Virus record (IMG/VR): IMGVR_UViG_3300023178_001963
DNA: 64,000 bases
Strand: one strand, 5' to 3'
DNA from: a virus
The notes under the pieces: generated by a model
The model's input: the letters and a program-made list of their open reading frames with translations, nothing else
Told to the model about the DNA's origin: nothing
The model's database searches: none
Translations under genes and position numbers: made by a program
Shown here: positions 19,916 to 31,300 of the stretch, one piece after another
Layout: each line of letters starts with the position of its first letter
How positions within the stretch are numbered: position 1 is the stretch's first letter

Positions 19916-22900
19916 TTATTCACCTACTAGTTCGTCTGATACGATATTTGAAATGATTTTTACGTCTTCTGATGTTGTGACGCTTAAGAATATTTCTGTT
20001 GGTTCACTACTAATACTTAGTAAGTTTGTAAACTGTGTAGTTTCGTATTTAGGAGTGATAACAACTGAACTGATATGATTTGGTAGCTTATTATGAATAT
20101 AAGAAGCTAATTCTGAGTAGTAGAATGTTTCACCAAAGTCCCAGTTGTCAATATCAAAGAATTCGTTAACTGCTGCTGAAACTGCTGTTTTGATTTCACT
20201 ATCTGTGAACGCAGTTTCAGGTTTCTTAACTACTTTGAATACAGCTTGATTTTCTGGATGTGCGTACTTACCAAACAGATATTTAAATTTAACTGGTATG
20301 TAAGATATGTGATCAGAAATCATTGCTTTAGGTTCAATTGATTCCATCATTTTTCTTAGTTCGTAATTGTTTGGTGCTTGTGGTATAACTTCACTAAAGC
20401 CGTTAGAAATCCAAGTATTTACTCTGCGAACATAGTCAGCAGAAAGAACATAGATATCAACAATGTTACTTGTACTTGGATCAATTCTCTTGTCTTCGTC
20501 AGCAAAATGATCCCATCTGAAGCTCATAAATTTGTCTTCTACATATGAACGACCGTTAACTACTCTGTACTTGACACCATCATATTCAATTTTACCAGGT
20601 GCGATATCAACATAATCAAAGTTTGTTGTCCAAACACCTGCGACACGCTTCTGCCAAATACCATCTTCTAAGTCTGTAGCTGTTGGTTCAATTAAGAAAC
20701 GTATTAGTGCTGTTTTTGGTATTTCATCATTTGTATTTTCATCATATGCTATTACAGAATCAGAAACTCTTTCATATGTTTTACCATCGACCATATATGT
20801 TTCAAGTACAATATGTGTAAATTCTAGTATAGAAACATCACCTATGTCACTTAAAGAATTACTACTATCAACGTTAACAAATACTTGTAGAACACCATGA
20901 GGATCACGTGATGTGTCAGAAGCATATAGTTTTACTTTATGATAGTCCACATAACCTTCATTTGTTATGAACTCATCGTAGATATAGCTTTCAATCTCAT
21001 CATATGTCTCAACTGCTGTTTGTATTGTAGAAACTTCTTCAACTGTTCTTTCGACACGCACCGTGAATGTTGTTAAATCAGCATCACCAGAACCTGCTAT
21101 GAATATATCTAGCACTGATCCGATACCTGGATTAATAGTCCAGAATATAATTTTATGATCGTTACCATTTTTTCTAAATTCGGTATGAGCATTGTCTATA
21201 ATAGTACCGCTAGGATCTTTAATGATGATGTTATCTGCAGTTATTGATTGTGTACTAGAAAAGTTTGCTTCTCCATAAGCAAACTGTTTCCATCTAATAT
21301 CACCGTCTAGGTTGTCGATGGTCCAACCATCTTGTACCATATCTGGGAATGTAAATGTATATACGCCACCGTTGTTTTGAATGAAGTATTCGGTTTGTAC
21401 ACCAACCATTGGAGCAACTGCGGTGTCTAATGTTTCACCTGTTGGTAGATGGTTTTCATCAATCCAAACAAAATTATTAGATGATTGTGCTTGATTGAAA
21501 TACTGTGTACTAACTTTACCTTTGAAAGAGTTATCTGTTAGTTGTACTTCATTATATGTTGTTGTATAACTTTTGGCAGATGTACATGAATCGATTTCTT
21601 CACTTATTACTGCTGGATTTATAGAATAAACATATTCATTTGTAGTTTCTACAGCAGGATTCTCTCCGGTATCAATAACTGTTCCAACTATTTCAGAAGC
21701 ATTGTCTAACTCATAAGAAACCGTGTAAGATGGCGAGTTACCTATAACTGTAGTACTGCTTGGTGACGTAGGTGTTACTGGATATTCAAGGCCCACAGGT
21801 GACACTAATACATGTCGTGTAGATGTTGGGTTATAACAATTCATATTTTCAACAAAGTCATTTGTCAATTCAGCGCCTGTATTTTTGTATACGCCGTCGA
21901 ATGTTATAGTTCCATTATTATCTACAACATTTGTCACTGGTGCTGTACCGATATTAACTATCATATCTTCGCCGGTAGTTTGTGCTTGACCACCAGATGT
22001 TATAGTATTATAATAGTTAAAAAGTATAATGTCACGTTCTATTAGATTAGTTTCGTTGTCAACAATAAACTTGTTGTTACTATAGAAGAACTTAACTTGG
22101 TCTTCACTCTCAAATACAACTTTCTTACCTGTAAACTTAGCAACATACTCTGCTTCATTCTGTCTTGCGCCTGCTTTATATGTGAATGTTATAAAAACAT
22201 CTTCACCATCAATTAATTCAGGTTCTGTAACATCATCATGTACATACCATGCCCATTTATTTGTATCTGGTTCTGGGATGTATTTAATTTTGAAAGAGTC
22301 AACTGATAAGTCTTCAATTTTTTCTTGTTTGATATTCTGAATTTCAATATCTTCAAAGCGTGTTCTGTAACCACGTACAACTTTAGATATACTACCAGAC
22401 ATTTCTGGGATAATATCATTAATAATAAATGTGTCAATACTATCACCAGTTTCTGAAACTGTAGTTCCATATATTGTTGTCCAAGTTTCTTCTAGTTCTT
22501 CAGTACCAACTGTAAGAATATGATCTCCAGGATACAATACAGTCTGAGATTCAGTATCAGTTGATATTACTTCGATAACTTTTTTATTTGTTGGACTTAC
22601 GTTAAAGTTTAATTTAGGTGTTGTGATAACACTATCAACATTAAACATATAATTGTAAAAGTAAAGATTAATCAAACTAGGATGTTTGATAACTTCTGAC
22701 ATGACATTACGAATAAAGTCATCACTGTTACCGTTTGCTCTGTTGAACGGTAAGTTCATTGTAATGATATCATCATCAATATAAACTGATCCATCTGTAC
22801 CAGTTACAGAAACATTTGAATGATGTCCTGTTGGATCATCCATTTCAAAGAAACGTGAATTACCTGCAAAACTTGTGTTAATTGCTTTTGCTTTTTCTAC

Positions 22901-24241
22901 AACATTTGTACCAAGTGTTAGTGGGAAAATATTATAGTCTTGTGCGTTTACCATTCTGTCTTGTGAATAATAAGCACGTGGAGCAATACGTCTTACACTT
23001 TCAAAAGTTTCGCCGGCATAGTTTTCGGAGAAATCTCTTGTAGTTGTTAGCGTAACTGTAAGTGCATAATTTCTACCATCTGCTCCAATATACGGGATAG
23101 TAACACTTGCTTCGGGTACATCATTTCCGTTTACAGTAAAGTTTTCATTGTCTGTTTTACGATACCAAACACGATAGTTACCAAAAGGAGCATTACCAAA
23201 GATGCCGTCAGGCCAGTTGATTTGAATAGAGTTATCTATGTTAGTTGTGACACTAGCTAGATCACCATTTCCGTTTCTTAGAGAATTATAAATTGCTGTT
23301 TCTCTACTGTCATTATCTACAACAGATACACTAGAAACATAATTATTTTCATTATCTAATCTTTGAATCCAAACATCTGAGTTACTAATATTCGTATCGT
23401 TTAAAATCTGAACACGATTAGATAGTCTTTTTGTATAACTTAAATTTTCAAAAGCAAGTTCGCCTAGTTTTGTGAAGATAAAGAAACCTGTTCTATCAGA
23501 AGCTGGACCAAGATTGTCATCTCTATTAACAATTGTAAAGTTTTTAGTAGGAATAGGTTCTGCTTCTATTACGTTGTCTCCGTCAAATTCAGCACGTACG
23601 GATTCAAATCTTCTACTCGCACCTGCTACATTTGCTGAGAATGGGTAAGTAATACTCTTAGCTATTCTGTTTTCATTAATTTCGTATAGACTATTCTCTA
23701 TACCAAACGCTGTCATATTCGCAATAGGGTCTTGAATTTTTGAATTCTTTGTGAAAGAAGCGTCTAAAATTGTAATAAAGTTTTCATACCAGTTAACGTC
23801 ATTAGCATCATTCCAGTTAACAGTAGTATTAGCAAGAGAATTCCCTTCATTATCAGTAACATCTTGTGATGTAGTAACACTTGTGATTTTCATATAACCA
23901 CGAGCATTGATAGGTCTTGTTTTAATATAGCCAAGATTTTTTGCTAGTCTTAGTACAGACTCACGGCGTTCTGCTAAATCTAAGAAGTTTTCACGGGTAT
24001 TCATATCAAGTCTAAATGATAGTGAATGTCCTAAATACGCAACAATATCTAAGATAGCAATAAATTCTGAACTAGCAATGTAGTCATTATATTTGTCAGG
24101 ATATGTTTCCTGTACATATAATAGTAATGCTTCTCTGATAGTATCAAAGTCATATGCTTTTAAACTAATGTTTGTAAATGCTGTATAAACAGCACTCCAA
24201 CTCTCGCCCGCAAATAAATTGTCAACTCTTTCCTGACCCAT
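19916..24241 (-). CDS. gp6: Baseplate wedge subunit, T4 gp6-like
   Basis: YDFDTIREAL..SEFIAILD..ENFLDLAERRESVLRLAKNLGY; QDRMVNAQDY; follows gp25. Confidence 0.85.
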   Translation of the reverse strand: MGQERVDNLFAGESWSAVYTAFTNISLKAYDFDTIREALLLYVQETYPDKYNDYIASSEFIAILDIVAYLGHSLSFRLDMNTRENFLDLAERRESVLRLAKNLGYIKTRPINARGYMKITSVTTSQDVTDNEGNSLANTTVNWNDANDVNWYENFITILDASFTKNSKIQDPIANMTAFGIENSLYEINENRIAKSITYPFSANVAGASRRFESVRAEFDGDNVIEAEPIPTKNFTIVNRDDNLGPASDRTGFFIFTKLGELAFENLSYTKRLSNRVQILNDTNISNSDVWIQRLDNENNYVSSVSVVDNDSRETAIYNSLRNGNGDLASVTTNIDNSIQINWPDGIFGNAPFGNYRVWYRKTDNENFTVNGNDVPEASVTIPYIGADGRNYALTVTLTTTRDFSENYAGETFESVRRIAPRAYYSQDRMVNAQDYNIFPLTLGTNVVEKAKAINTSFAGNSRFFEMDDPTGHHSNVSVTGTDGSVYIDDDIITMNLPFNRANGNSDDFIRNVMSEVIKHPSLINLYFYNYMFNVDSVITTPKLNFNVSPTNKKVIEVISTDTESQTVLYPGDHILTVGTEELEETWTTIYGTTVSETGDSIDTFIINDIIPEMSGSISKVVRGYRTRFEDIEIQNIKQEKIEDLSVDSFKIKYIPEPDTNKWAWYVHDDVTEPELIDGEDVFITFTYKAGARQNEAEYVAKFTGKKVVFESEDQVKFFYSNNKFIVDNETNLIERDIILFNYYNTITSGGQAQTTGEDMIVNIGTAPVTNVVDNNGTITFDGVYKNTGAELTNDFVENMNCYNPTSTRHVLVSPVGLEYPVTPTSPSSTTVIGNSPSYTVSYELDNASEIVGTVIDTGENPAVETTNEYVYSINPAVISEEIDSCTSAKSYTTTYNEVQLTDNSFKGKVSTQYFNQAQSSNNFVWIDENHLPTGETLDTAVAPMVGVQTEYFIQNNGGVYTFTFPDMVQDGWTIDNLDGDIRWKQFAYGEANFSSTQSITADNIIIKDPSGTIIDNAHTEFRKNGNDHKIIFWTINPGIGSVLDIFIAGSGDADLTTFTVRVERTVEEVSTIQTAVETYDEIESYIYDEFITNEGYVDYHKVKLYASDTSRDPHGVLQVFVNVDSSNSLSDIGDVSILEFTHIVLETYMVDGKTYERVSDSVIAYDENTNDEIPKTALIRFLIEPTATDLEDGIWQKRVAGVWTTNFDYVDIAPGKIEYDGVKYRVVNGRSYVEDKFMSFRWDHFADEDKRIDPSTSNIVDIYVLSADYVRRVNTWISNGFSEVIPQAPNNYELRKMMESIEPKAMISDHISYIPVKFKYLFGKYAHPENQAVFKVVKKPETAFTDSEIKTAVSAAVNEFFDIDNWDFGETFYYSELASYIHNKLPNHISSVVITPKYETTQFTNLLSISSEPTEIFLSVTTSEDVKIISNIVSDELVGE

Positions 24242-24242
24242 A

Positions 24243-24602
24243 TTATTCTCTTTCTAAATTAACTGTTAATTCAACTTTTTCACTTGTTGGAATGATTGAA
24301 ACAAGTATTTGAATGTTTAATGTATGTTCTGATTCATCTATGATAATACTTTCTAAATTCACTCTAGGATCTTCATTTATAATTTCAGTCAAATCTTGTC
24401 TTATTATACCCTTAACATCTGGTGTTAATGGTTCAAAAATCATATCATGTACAATACTTCCATAAGTAGGCATCATCACACGTTCACCCTTACGAGTCAT
24501 AATATGATTCATTAAGTCTTCGATCACCAAGTCTTTATCAAAAAGACGGTGGTTGATTGCCTTTTTATTTTTTGTACTAAATCCTGTGAATCTAATTGCC
24601 AT
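24243..24602 (-). CDS. gp25: Baseplate wedge subunit, gp25-like
   Basis: TRKGERVMMPTYGS..FEPL..DPRV. Confidence 0.9.
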   Translation of the reverse strand: MAIRFTGFSTKNKKAINHRLFDKDLVIEDLMNHIMTRKGERVMMPTYGSIVHDMIFEPLTPDVKGIIRQDLTEIINEDPRVNLESIIIDESEHTLNIQILVSIIPTSEKVELTVNLERE

Positions 24603-24627
24603 AGTTTTCTCTCTATTTTTGATTAAG

Positions 24628-24657
24628 AGTATTTATCTGCATATAAACTACGAACTT
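24628..24657 (-). promoter_or_regulatory. Extended late promoter AAGTTCGTA-n-GCAGATAAATACT (copy 1)
   Basis: Contains ATAAATA; 27/30 identical to 33568-33597. Confidence 0.75.
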
Positions 24658-24671
24658 TTTGAAAAAAGATA

Positions 24672-24700
24672 TTGACAACAAAAGTTTTTTAGTATAGACT
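24672..24700 (+). promoter_or_regulatory. sigma70-type promoter TTGACA-17-TAGACT for the clpP pair
   Basis: TTGACA at 24672, TAGACT at 24695. Confidence 0.65.
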
Positions 24701-24727
24701 AAATATATCATCGTGAAGGAGATGAAC

Positions 24728-25069
24728 ATGCATCATAAACAACTTGAACTAGAATTTTTAGAAGAACTAGACTATTCAAACTATGAAGTAGATGTACAGT
24801 ACGAATTTGACTATGACGATTACCCGTCAATATCATTGGAAGAATTCGAATCTAATCTAATAAACTTCGACAAGTATGGAGTTGAGGTTAGTAGTAATGT
24901 TCTTTGGGAACCTTTTGAGGATACATCATCTGAAAAGATCAAAATTCTTGAAAATGAAGTATTCACATTACAGGGTCAGCTACAAACAGCATATAAAAGA
25001 ATAGCAGAACTTAACCAAGAACTAGATACTTTTAAAAGTATGGTAAAACCAAACTCAAGGACTTTTTAA
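24728..25069 (+). CDS. Hypothetical acidic protein with C-terminal coiled coil
   Basis: AAGGAG RBS favours ATG at 24728; [22 protein letters not shown] heptads; coupled to clpP. Confidence 0.65.
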   Translation: MHHKQLELEFLEELDYSNYEVDVQYEFDYDDYPSISLEEFESNLINFDKYGVEVSSNVLWEPFEDTSSEKIKILENEVFTLQGQLQTAYKRIAELNQELDTFKSMVKPNSRTF

Positions 25070-25668
25070 TGCCCAATCTTGTACCAATGGTCGTTGACCA
25101 AACTGCGAACGGTGAACGCAGTTATGATATCTTTTCCCGATTGTTAAAAGAACGTGTCATTTTTTTGACAGGCGAAGTTAATGATTACCAAGCAGATTTA
25201 CTATGCGCACAAATGCTATTCTTAGAAAGTGAAAACCCAGATAAGGATATACATTTTTACATCAACTCTCCCGGTGGCGTAGTAACTGCGGGAATGGCGA
25301 TCTATGACACTATGCAGTTTGTCAAACCAGATGTGTCAACTACTGTTATGGGGCAAGCATGTTCTATGGGATCGTTACTAGCACAAGCTGGTGCTGCTGG
25401 TAAAAGATATATTTTACCACACGCAAGACATATGATCCATCAACCGAGCGGTGGTGCAGGTGGTCAAGCGACTGACATGGAAATTCAAGTTAGAGAAATT
25501 CTGAAAATGAAACAAAGTTTAACTGAAATCTATGTCAAACATAACAGCACACATAAACAATACCAACAAATATTAGCTGATATGGAACGTGATAACTTTA
25601 TGAGCGCACATGAAGCAGTAGCTTATGGACTAGCAGATAAGGTTATTGACGAAAGACCGACTGATTAA
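25069..25668 (+). CDS. clpP: ATP-dependent Clp protease proteolytic subunit
   Basis: [22 protein letters not shown], catalytic Ser (ACSMG), His (MIHQP), Asp (ERDNF). Confidence 0.97.
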   Translation: MPNLVPMVVDQTANGERSYDIFSRLLKERVIFLTGEVNDYQADLLCAQMLFLESENPDKDIHFYINSPGGVVTAGMAIYDTMQFVKPDVSTTVMGQACSMGSLLAQAGAAGKRYILPHARHMIHQPSGGAGGQATDMEIQVREILKMKQSLTEIYVKHNSTHKQYQQILADMERDNFMSAHEAVAYGLADKVIDERPTD

Positions 25669-26297
25669 AATCCAGGAACATAACTCCACATTTTAGCAGT
25701 TTCAATCCTTAGGGCGGCAAGACGTTCATCCGTTTTGTCGCCTCTTTTTATGTTTGTTTGTATTTCATCTGTTATTTCAAACCACTTCTCTCTATTGATT
25801 AATTTTATAATATTGTGATTTTCTATTTTGTCAACCCCCTCGTAGTAGAAGTAATGTATCAAAGCATCGAATTGCGGTTGACCTAACGGTTGTGTTACGA
25901 ACTTTTCAAGTACATTTCCAATAGCACGTAATTGTTTTTCTAATATAAATTTTGCGGCATCAATTGTTACTTTTTGTTCTGAAATGTCTACACGCTGTGA
26001 AGCAACTGTGATATATCCATACTTAAATTCAACATCAGGTATTTCATAATTGTAACCTATCATACCATTTCTTATTTCAAGTGAAGGTATAACATCGTTA
26101 ACAATAGCATCTTTGCTCATGTTACTGAATACTAGTTCATTTGCTGGGAATGTTTTAACACGTGTATACGAAAGTGTATACGAAGGTTGTTCATTGATAT
26201 CATAACCAGTACCTAGATATGTACCGTAAGGTGTTATAACATTCAACGGAAGCTGAATGTAATTTAACAATGATCCTTTTCGTTTATCATAAATCAT
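25665..26297 (-). CDS. Baseplate-associated lysozyme-fold (GH24-like) protein, apparently degenerate
   Basis: [16 protein letters not shown] and terminal [12 protein letters not shown] resemble phage lysozyme QxQFDALVSF..RRxxE; follows gp5. Confidence 0.5.
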   Translation of the reverse strand: MIYDKRKGSLLNYIQLPLNVITPYGTYLGTGYDINEQPSYTLSYTRVKTFPANELVFSNMSKDAIVNDVIPSLEIRNGMIGYNYEIPDVEFKYGYITVASQRVDISEQKVTIDAAKFILEKQLRAIGNVLEKFVTQPLGQPQFDALIHYFYYEGVDKIENHNIIKLINREKWFEITDEIQTNIKRGDKTDERLAALRIETAKMWSYVPGF

Positions 26298-26298
26298 A

Positions 26299-28335
26299 TT
26301 ACGCTGTCCTTATTTGTCTTAACCAACTTGGCGCTGTTGCTGAAGTATGTGATGATCCCCAAATTGCTGCTGGCGATGATGGAGCGATATCAACATGAAT
26401 ACCTACATTACCCATATAACCTGGACCTACACCAATACTTGTTGCTCCTGCACTGAAACATGCTTGGCAGAATTTTTTCATAATAGGCAAATCAGAGTTA
26501 CTAGTACAACTTAGTTTTTTACCATTACTATAAATCCAAACATCAGCAGCAAAGCCATTATCATGTCTTATACTACCAGTTCTACGTCCACCTGGCGTGC
26601 CTTTTGGATCTTGTCCTCCAGAGAAAATATCAACATCGACACCTGCAGATTCTGCTGCTCTTTCTAGTATACTAAACAGTCTATTTTGAATTGGTTTGTT
26701 TCTTGTTTGATTGGAGAAACCACTGATATATTTAACAGAACCAGAACCGTTACCTGTTTGCTCTTCTATAGATGTATCAGTAGTAAGTTGCTCTGCTGGC
26801 GGTTCAGATTCATCATTTCTAATTTTACTTAGTGGATCTTCTTTTACTGGAGGGATGCTACCAGAGTTTACCGTCGAACCACCATCACTCGAACTACTGG
26901 TATTAGCAGGAGCAGGTTTCTTTCTAAGCATAGGTTCATGTGATACCATTGTAGATAATACAGATTCGTCTATTTTTGTTGTTTCTAAGTTTTGAATATC
27001 AGCATGTGATACAGTAGATATACCAGGAGATATTGCTGCTTTTGGACCATTCAAATGTAAGATACCACCTGTTGTGACATACATATTTGTTTTTACATTT
27101 GTATGATTTGCACCACCACTAGTGAAGAATTGTGTTCCACCGCTTTTTACATGAAACTGGTCATCAGCATTAATGTGATAATCATTGCCTGCTTTCATGT
27201 TAATATTATTTCCTGCTTCAATGTTTATATTTTGGTCAGCACGTAAGTTGAAATCTTTTTCTGCTCTCATAGATATAGAGCCTTGCCCATATACCATTAC
27301 TTCACCTGCGGCGCCAATTTCAACCCAACCTGAACCAGTGGAATTAATCATATAAATCATATCGTTTGTACCATCTAAGATGACACTTGCGCCGCTGCCT
27401 GTTTGTATTCTAATCTGATTTGGATGTACAAAACCGTCATCACCTACACTACCGTCATCAATAGTAATAGCATTTGAACCAGGTGTTTTCCAACCATACA
27501 CAGAGTTTGGTTTAGGTTCTTTATAACTTGCGTTACGAGTTGGACTCGCTGTAGTTTGACCTCTTATTGAATCAGCATATATACCTTGAGTAGCAGTGTT
27601 TATATTTCTTGGATGATTTTCTGCTTCTTCGTTTCTCTTTGTTTTTGTGTTCTTATTGTTAGAAGTATTCTTTTGATTTCTACCAGTAGTAACCTCGTCT
27701 TCTGGTTTTTCTTTTCCTTCTTTAACACGAAATAATCCGTCTTTTCCATCTAGCTTATCAGAAAGACCAATATCTTTTGAATCTGTACCTACATTACGTC
27801 TTGCCGCTCTGGAGTCAGAGTCCATCTTCTTATCTATTACAGTAGTATCTTTACCTTGTGCTTTAGATAATTCAATGTGGTTCGATTTAGCAGCAGGTTG
27901 ATTTTTAAAACTTCCTTCACCCTGACCGGTACCGTCAGCTTTTGCTTTGCCAGCTGCACCACCAGCAGCAACGTCAGGTACTTCTTGCGCCACAGCAAAG
28001 TAATAACCTTCACTTAGTTCACCATCGTCAGCAAAGAATACCATAATAGTTACACCAGCATCGGGCGGCGTAGAAAAGAAACCATATGAACCGTTAGCAT
28101 TAGCTCCAGCAAATGGCGAAGCATACTGAAAAAATAACGGGTTATCAGGATCACCTCCTAATTTAGGAATATAAGCTGCGACTCTACCACGTCCCTCGGG
28201 ATCAGGCTTGCCACCAACAGTTATAGCATGATATATACCACTACTAACAGCATTAAGAGCCGGGTTCTCACCACGTTTTCTCTCTCTTTTTACACTTTTA
28301 GCAAAGTTGTTTGTATTTTCATTCTGTAAACTCAT
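26299..28335 (-). CDS. gp5: Baseplate central spike gp5-like with C-terminal M15-type peptidase domain
   Basis: DPEGRGRV..YASPF..PPD.G OB-fold; beta-helix repeats (NINIEAGNNINMKAG); C-terminal RHDNGFAAD...IHVD. Confidence 0.75.
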   Translation of the reverse strand: MSLQNENTNNFAKSVKRERKRGENPALNAVSSGIYHAITVGGKPDPEGRGRVAAYIPKLGGDPDNPLFFQYASPFAGANANGSYGFFSTPPDAGVTIMVFFADDGELSEGYYFAVAQEVPDVAAGGAAGKAKADGTGQGEGSFKNQPAAKSNHIELSKAQGKDTTVIDKKMDSDSRAARRNVGTDSKDIGLSDKLDGKDGLFRVKEGKEKPEDEVTTGRNQKNTSNNKNTKTKRNEEAENHPRNINTATQGIYADSIRGQTTASPTRNASYKEPKPNSVYGWKTPGSNAITIDDGSVGDDGFVHPNQIRIQTGSGASVILDGTNDMIYMINSTGSGWVEIGAAGEVMVYGQGSISMRAEKDFNLRADQNINIEAGNNINMKAGNDYHINADDQFHVKSGGTQFFTSGGANHTNVKTNMYVTTGGILHLNGPKAAISPGISTVSHADIQNLETTKIDESVLSTMVSHEPMLRKKPAPANTSSSSDGGSTVNSGSIPPVKEDPLSKIRNDESEPPAEQLTTDTSIEEQTGNGSGSVKYISGFSNQTRNKPIQNRLFSILERAAESAGVDVDIFSGGQDPKGTPGGRRTGSIRHDNGFAADVWIYSNGKKLSCTSNSDLPIMKKFCQACFSAGATSIGVGPGYMGNVGIHVDIAPSSPAAIWGSSHTSATAPSWLRQIRTA

Positions 28336-28336
28336 A

Positions 28337-31300
28337 TCATTCAGCCTCTTCTATTGGTGTAAATACGTCAAGTGAGCCTATCTCTGTTCTCAATGGCCCA
28401 CCTGCATTTTCAGGATCTAATTGTTTTCTTCTCGCTGTTGTTATGTTCGGAAATATATTTCCTATACGACTTATAAAATTGTTCATTACAGCTGGTGTTA
28501 GACCATGATTATCAGAAAATGAAGTTATTCCTAAATCTTCTGCTGTTAATACTTGTGTATTACCGTTTGCGTCTGTATATGGTATATCTGGAAATTCATC
28601 CCAAACTAGATACAATTCAGTAAACGTTTCTACATTTCCATCTCCAAAATCAAAAGTTTCCTGTACTTCTTTACGAGGTAAGTTTTCTATAGCTTTTCTT
28701 ACATCAGCCCATATATCATTTGCAGCTCTTAGCTCTTTAGAAACTTCTTCACTAACTGTTATTATATCACCAGTTGCTGTTGTAATTGGTACTGTTATTG
28801 TACCGTCTCCATTGTCTATAGCAGGCGAAGGTAACGCACCAGGAGGTTTAGGTATAATAACAGGTTGATCTATCAATGAAGGTTTGACTTGCACTCTTGT
28901 TTCCGTTTCACCTGTTTCTGGATTAGTCAGAACTGTCACAGTATCTAAAACAAACGGAGAAGTGTTGTTTTCTTCGATTAGTTTTTCTTCTTCTAATCTT
29001 TCTTTTTCTTTAATTCTTTCTTTTTCTACTTCTGGGTCTAATTCAAATACATCTAGTTCTTCTGTTACAGTTTCTAACTCTTCAGTTAAAGTTTCAACTT
29101 TTTTTACATTGTCAGTGTTATCTGTTATACTATCTAACTCTGGCGTAGAGTTTGATTCGGTAAATCCTAAATCAGTTATTGGAATTCCTGCTGAACCTGC
29201 TGCAGTTGTCATAAGTTCGGTGTATATAGAACGCAATTCGGGATCATCGGGTAATCCATCAACACCTTCTCCAAATTCAGCAACCATTGAATTAAGAAGA
29301 TATTGTGCATCTTCTGTGTTGATATTTGTTCCACCTAATGTACTAAGTAAGCCGCTAAGGTTACCAACAGTTGGATTTGACACCGCGGTATCTACCCCTT
29401 CCTGAAATGCTATAGAATCAAAACCATTACCATCACCACCACCGACGTTTGCATTGCCTCCAGCACCTTGTATGTTTCCATCTTCGTCAACAGCAAATAT
29501 ACCATTTCCACCTGTAACCCCATCAACTCCTATAGAAGTATCGCCAAATCCTCCGAAAGCATCCAACTCTTCTTCTATGTCTATTGCTTCCAGTCTAGGT
29601 ATATCCTTAAAGAATCTAGGTACAGGTATTCTTATAGCATCAAATGTTTGTGTAAACATTCCACCACTAAATGAACTTATAGTAGAACGAACTAGATATA
29701 TGAATATTTCTAATTCTTCTACCATAATGTTATCATGTTCATCGACCCCATCTGCTTTATTCACAACAAGAACAAAATAATTGTTACCATTTATATTAGT
29801 AAAAAATCCTTTATTATTATCATTTGTATTGTTTTGACCGAAATGCGTTCTCTGTTGTTCTTTAGTTAAATAATATTCCAACCAAAACGGATCGCCTTTA
29901 ATAGTCATACTAAGTTGATGCATACTTGTATCACCATCTAAAGATTCATAAAACTTCTGTCTTGCTAGTTCCATTTCTTCTTGATCTGGAACTTTGAATA
30001 CTCTGGGTTTCTTCTCCTCCATAAGTGATGGAATAATAGCACGTTTAAAGATTAAAGGGTTCAAAATCAAAGTATCAAGTAACGCACCAAAGGATTTACT
30101 ATCCATCTTACTAGATATCAAATCATCACCTAACTCTTCTGCTAGTATAAATCCACCATTTGAAAACTGTGAAAGTGTAGCAGATTGTTTAGCTGCCTGT
30201 GCTTGGAGTGCATCACCTAACTGTATACCTAATTGTTCCTCAAAACGTCTTTTTATGTTTGAGTCTATTTTATTTTGATTTGCCTGCTCTGTATTTCTTT
30301 GATTATTAATTTCTTTAAGTTGTTTGTCTAACTGTTGTAATCTGTTAAAACCTTCATTGTTTTTTAATTCAGCAAATTCTTCTGGAAATTCTCTTTGTAG
30401 TGCTGCTAAAGATACAGAGTCTCCATTATCTAATGCTTCTTGTAAAGTTTGGAATCTCTTTTCAAATTCATCTCGTGCACCAGGTGGTGCATTGGCAACC
30501 GTAGAACGTTTTTGACTTGCCATAATTGACAATAACTTAGATTTTTCACCAGCAATTTCCTCTTGTAACTTTGCGGCTTCTCCGTCTTTTTGGTCTATTA
30601 ATTTTTGTATGTCATTAGCTTGTTGCTGTAGTTCGTCCACCTTTTGCTGTTGTTTTTCACTTAACGCAATATGCAAATTAGAATTTGCTTTCAAAAAAGT
30701 AAACGCTGTAAATGAATCTTTGGGTGTATTATATGTTTTTATTAGTTGTCTATCTAATGAAACAGTCAAATCTAAAATCTGATCGTTCAAGCCAGTGTAG
30801 TGATAATAATAAACTTTTCTACATCTACCAGTGCCAAATATCTCATCTAGAGTTTTCCTAACTTCCTGCATTTTAGACAATTGGTTAGCAGCATTTTGGT
30901 CTATAAATTCACGTTTCATAATAATGTTATAGATTACAGTAGAACCTGTTTCACCTGTTATAACATTATACCCGCCGGGTTTAGGTATAACATCCGGTTC
31001 AATTCGTATAACATTATTAAATGTTTCAGATTCAACCAATATCTCTTTTTTAATTTCAGCAGATTGAATACATATGTCATGTAGAACGTCAATGACACTC
31101 AACCCAGGGGTTATATTACCAACTGTCTCACCGCTATTAATAGAGTTAGTTCTTTTTGAAACAGTATTATTACCTGCACTTGTATTAACATTTGTACTCG
31201 ATATCATTGAACTTGATTTAAATCTGTCCATAGATGAATCAAATCTTACTTCATATTCAGTTAAAAATCTTAACTGTTCAGCGGTATATGATGTATTTTC

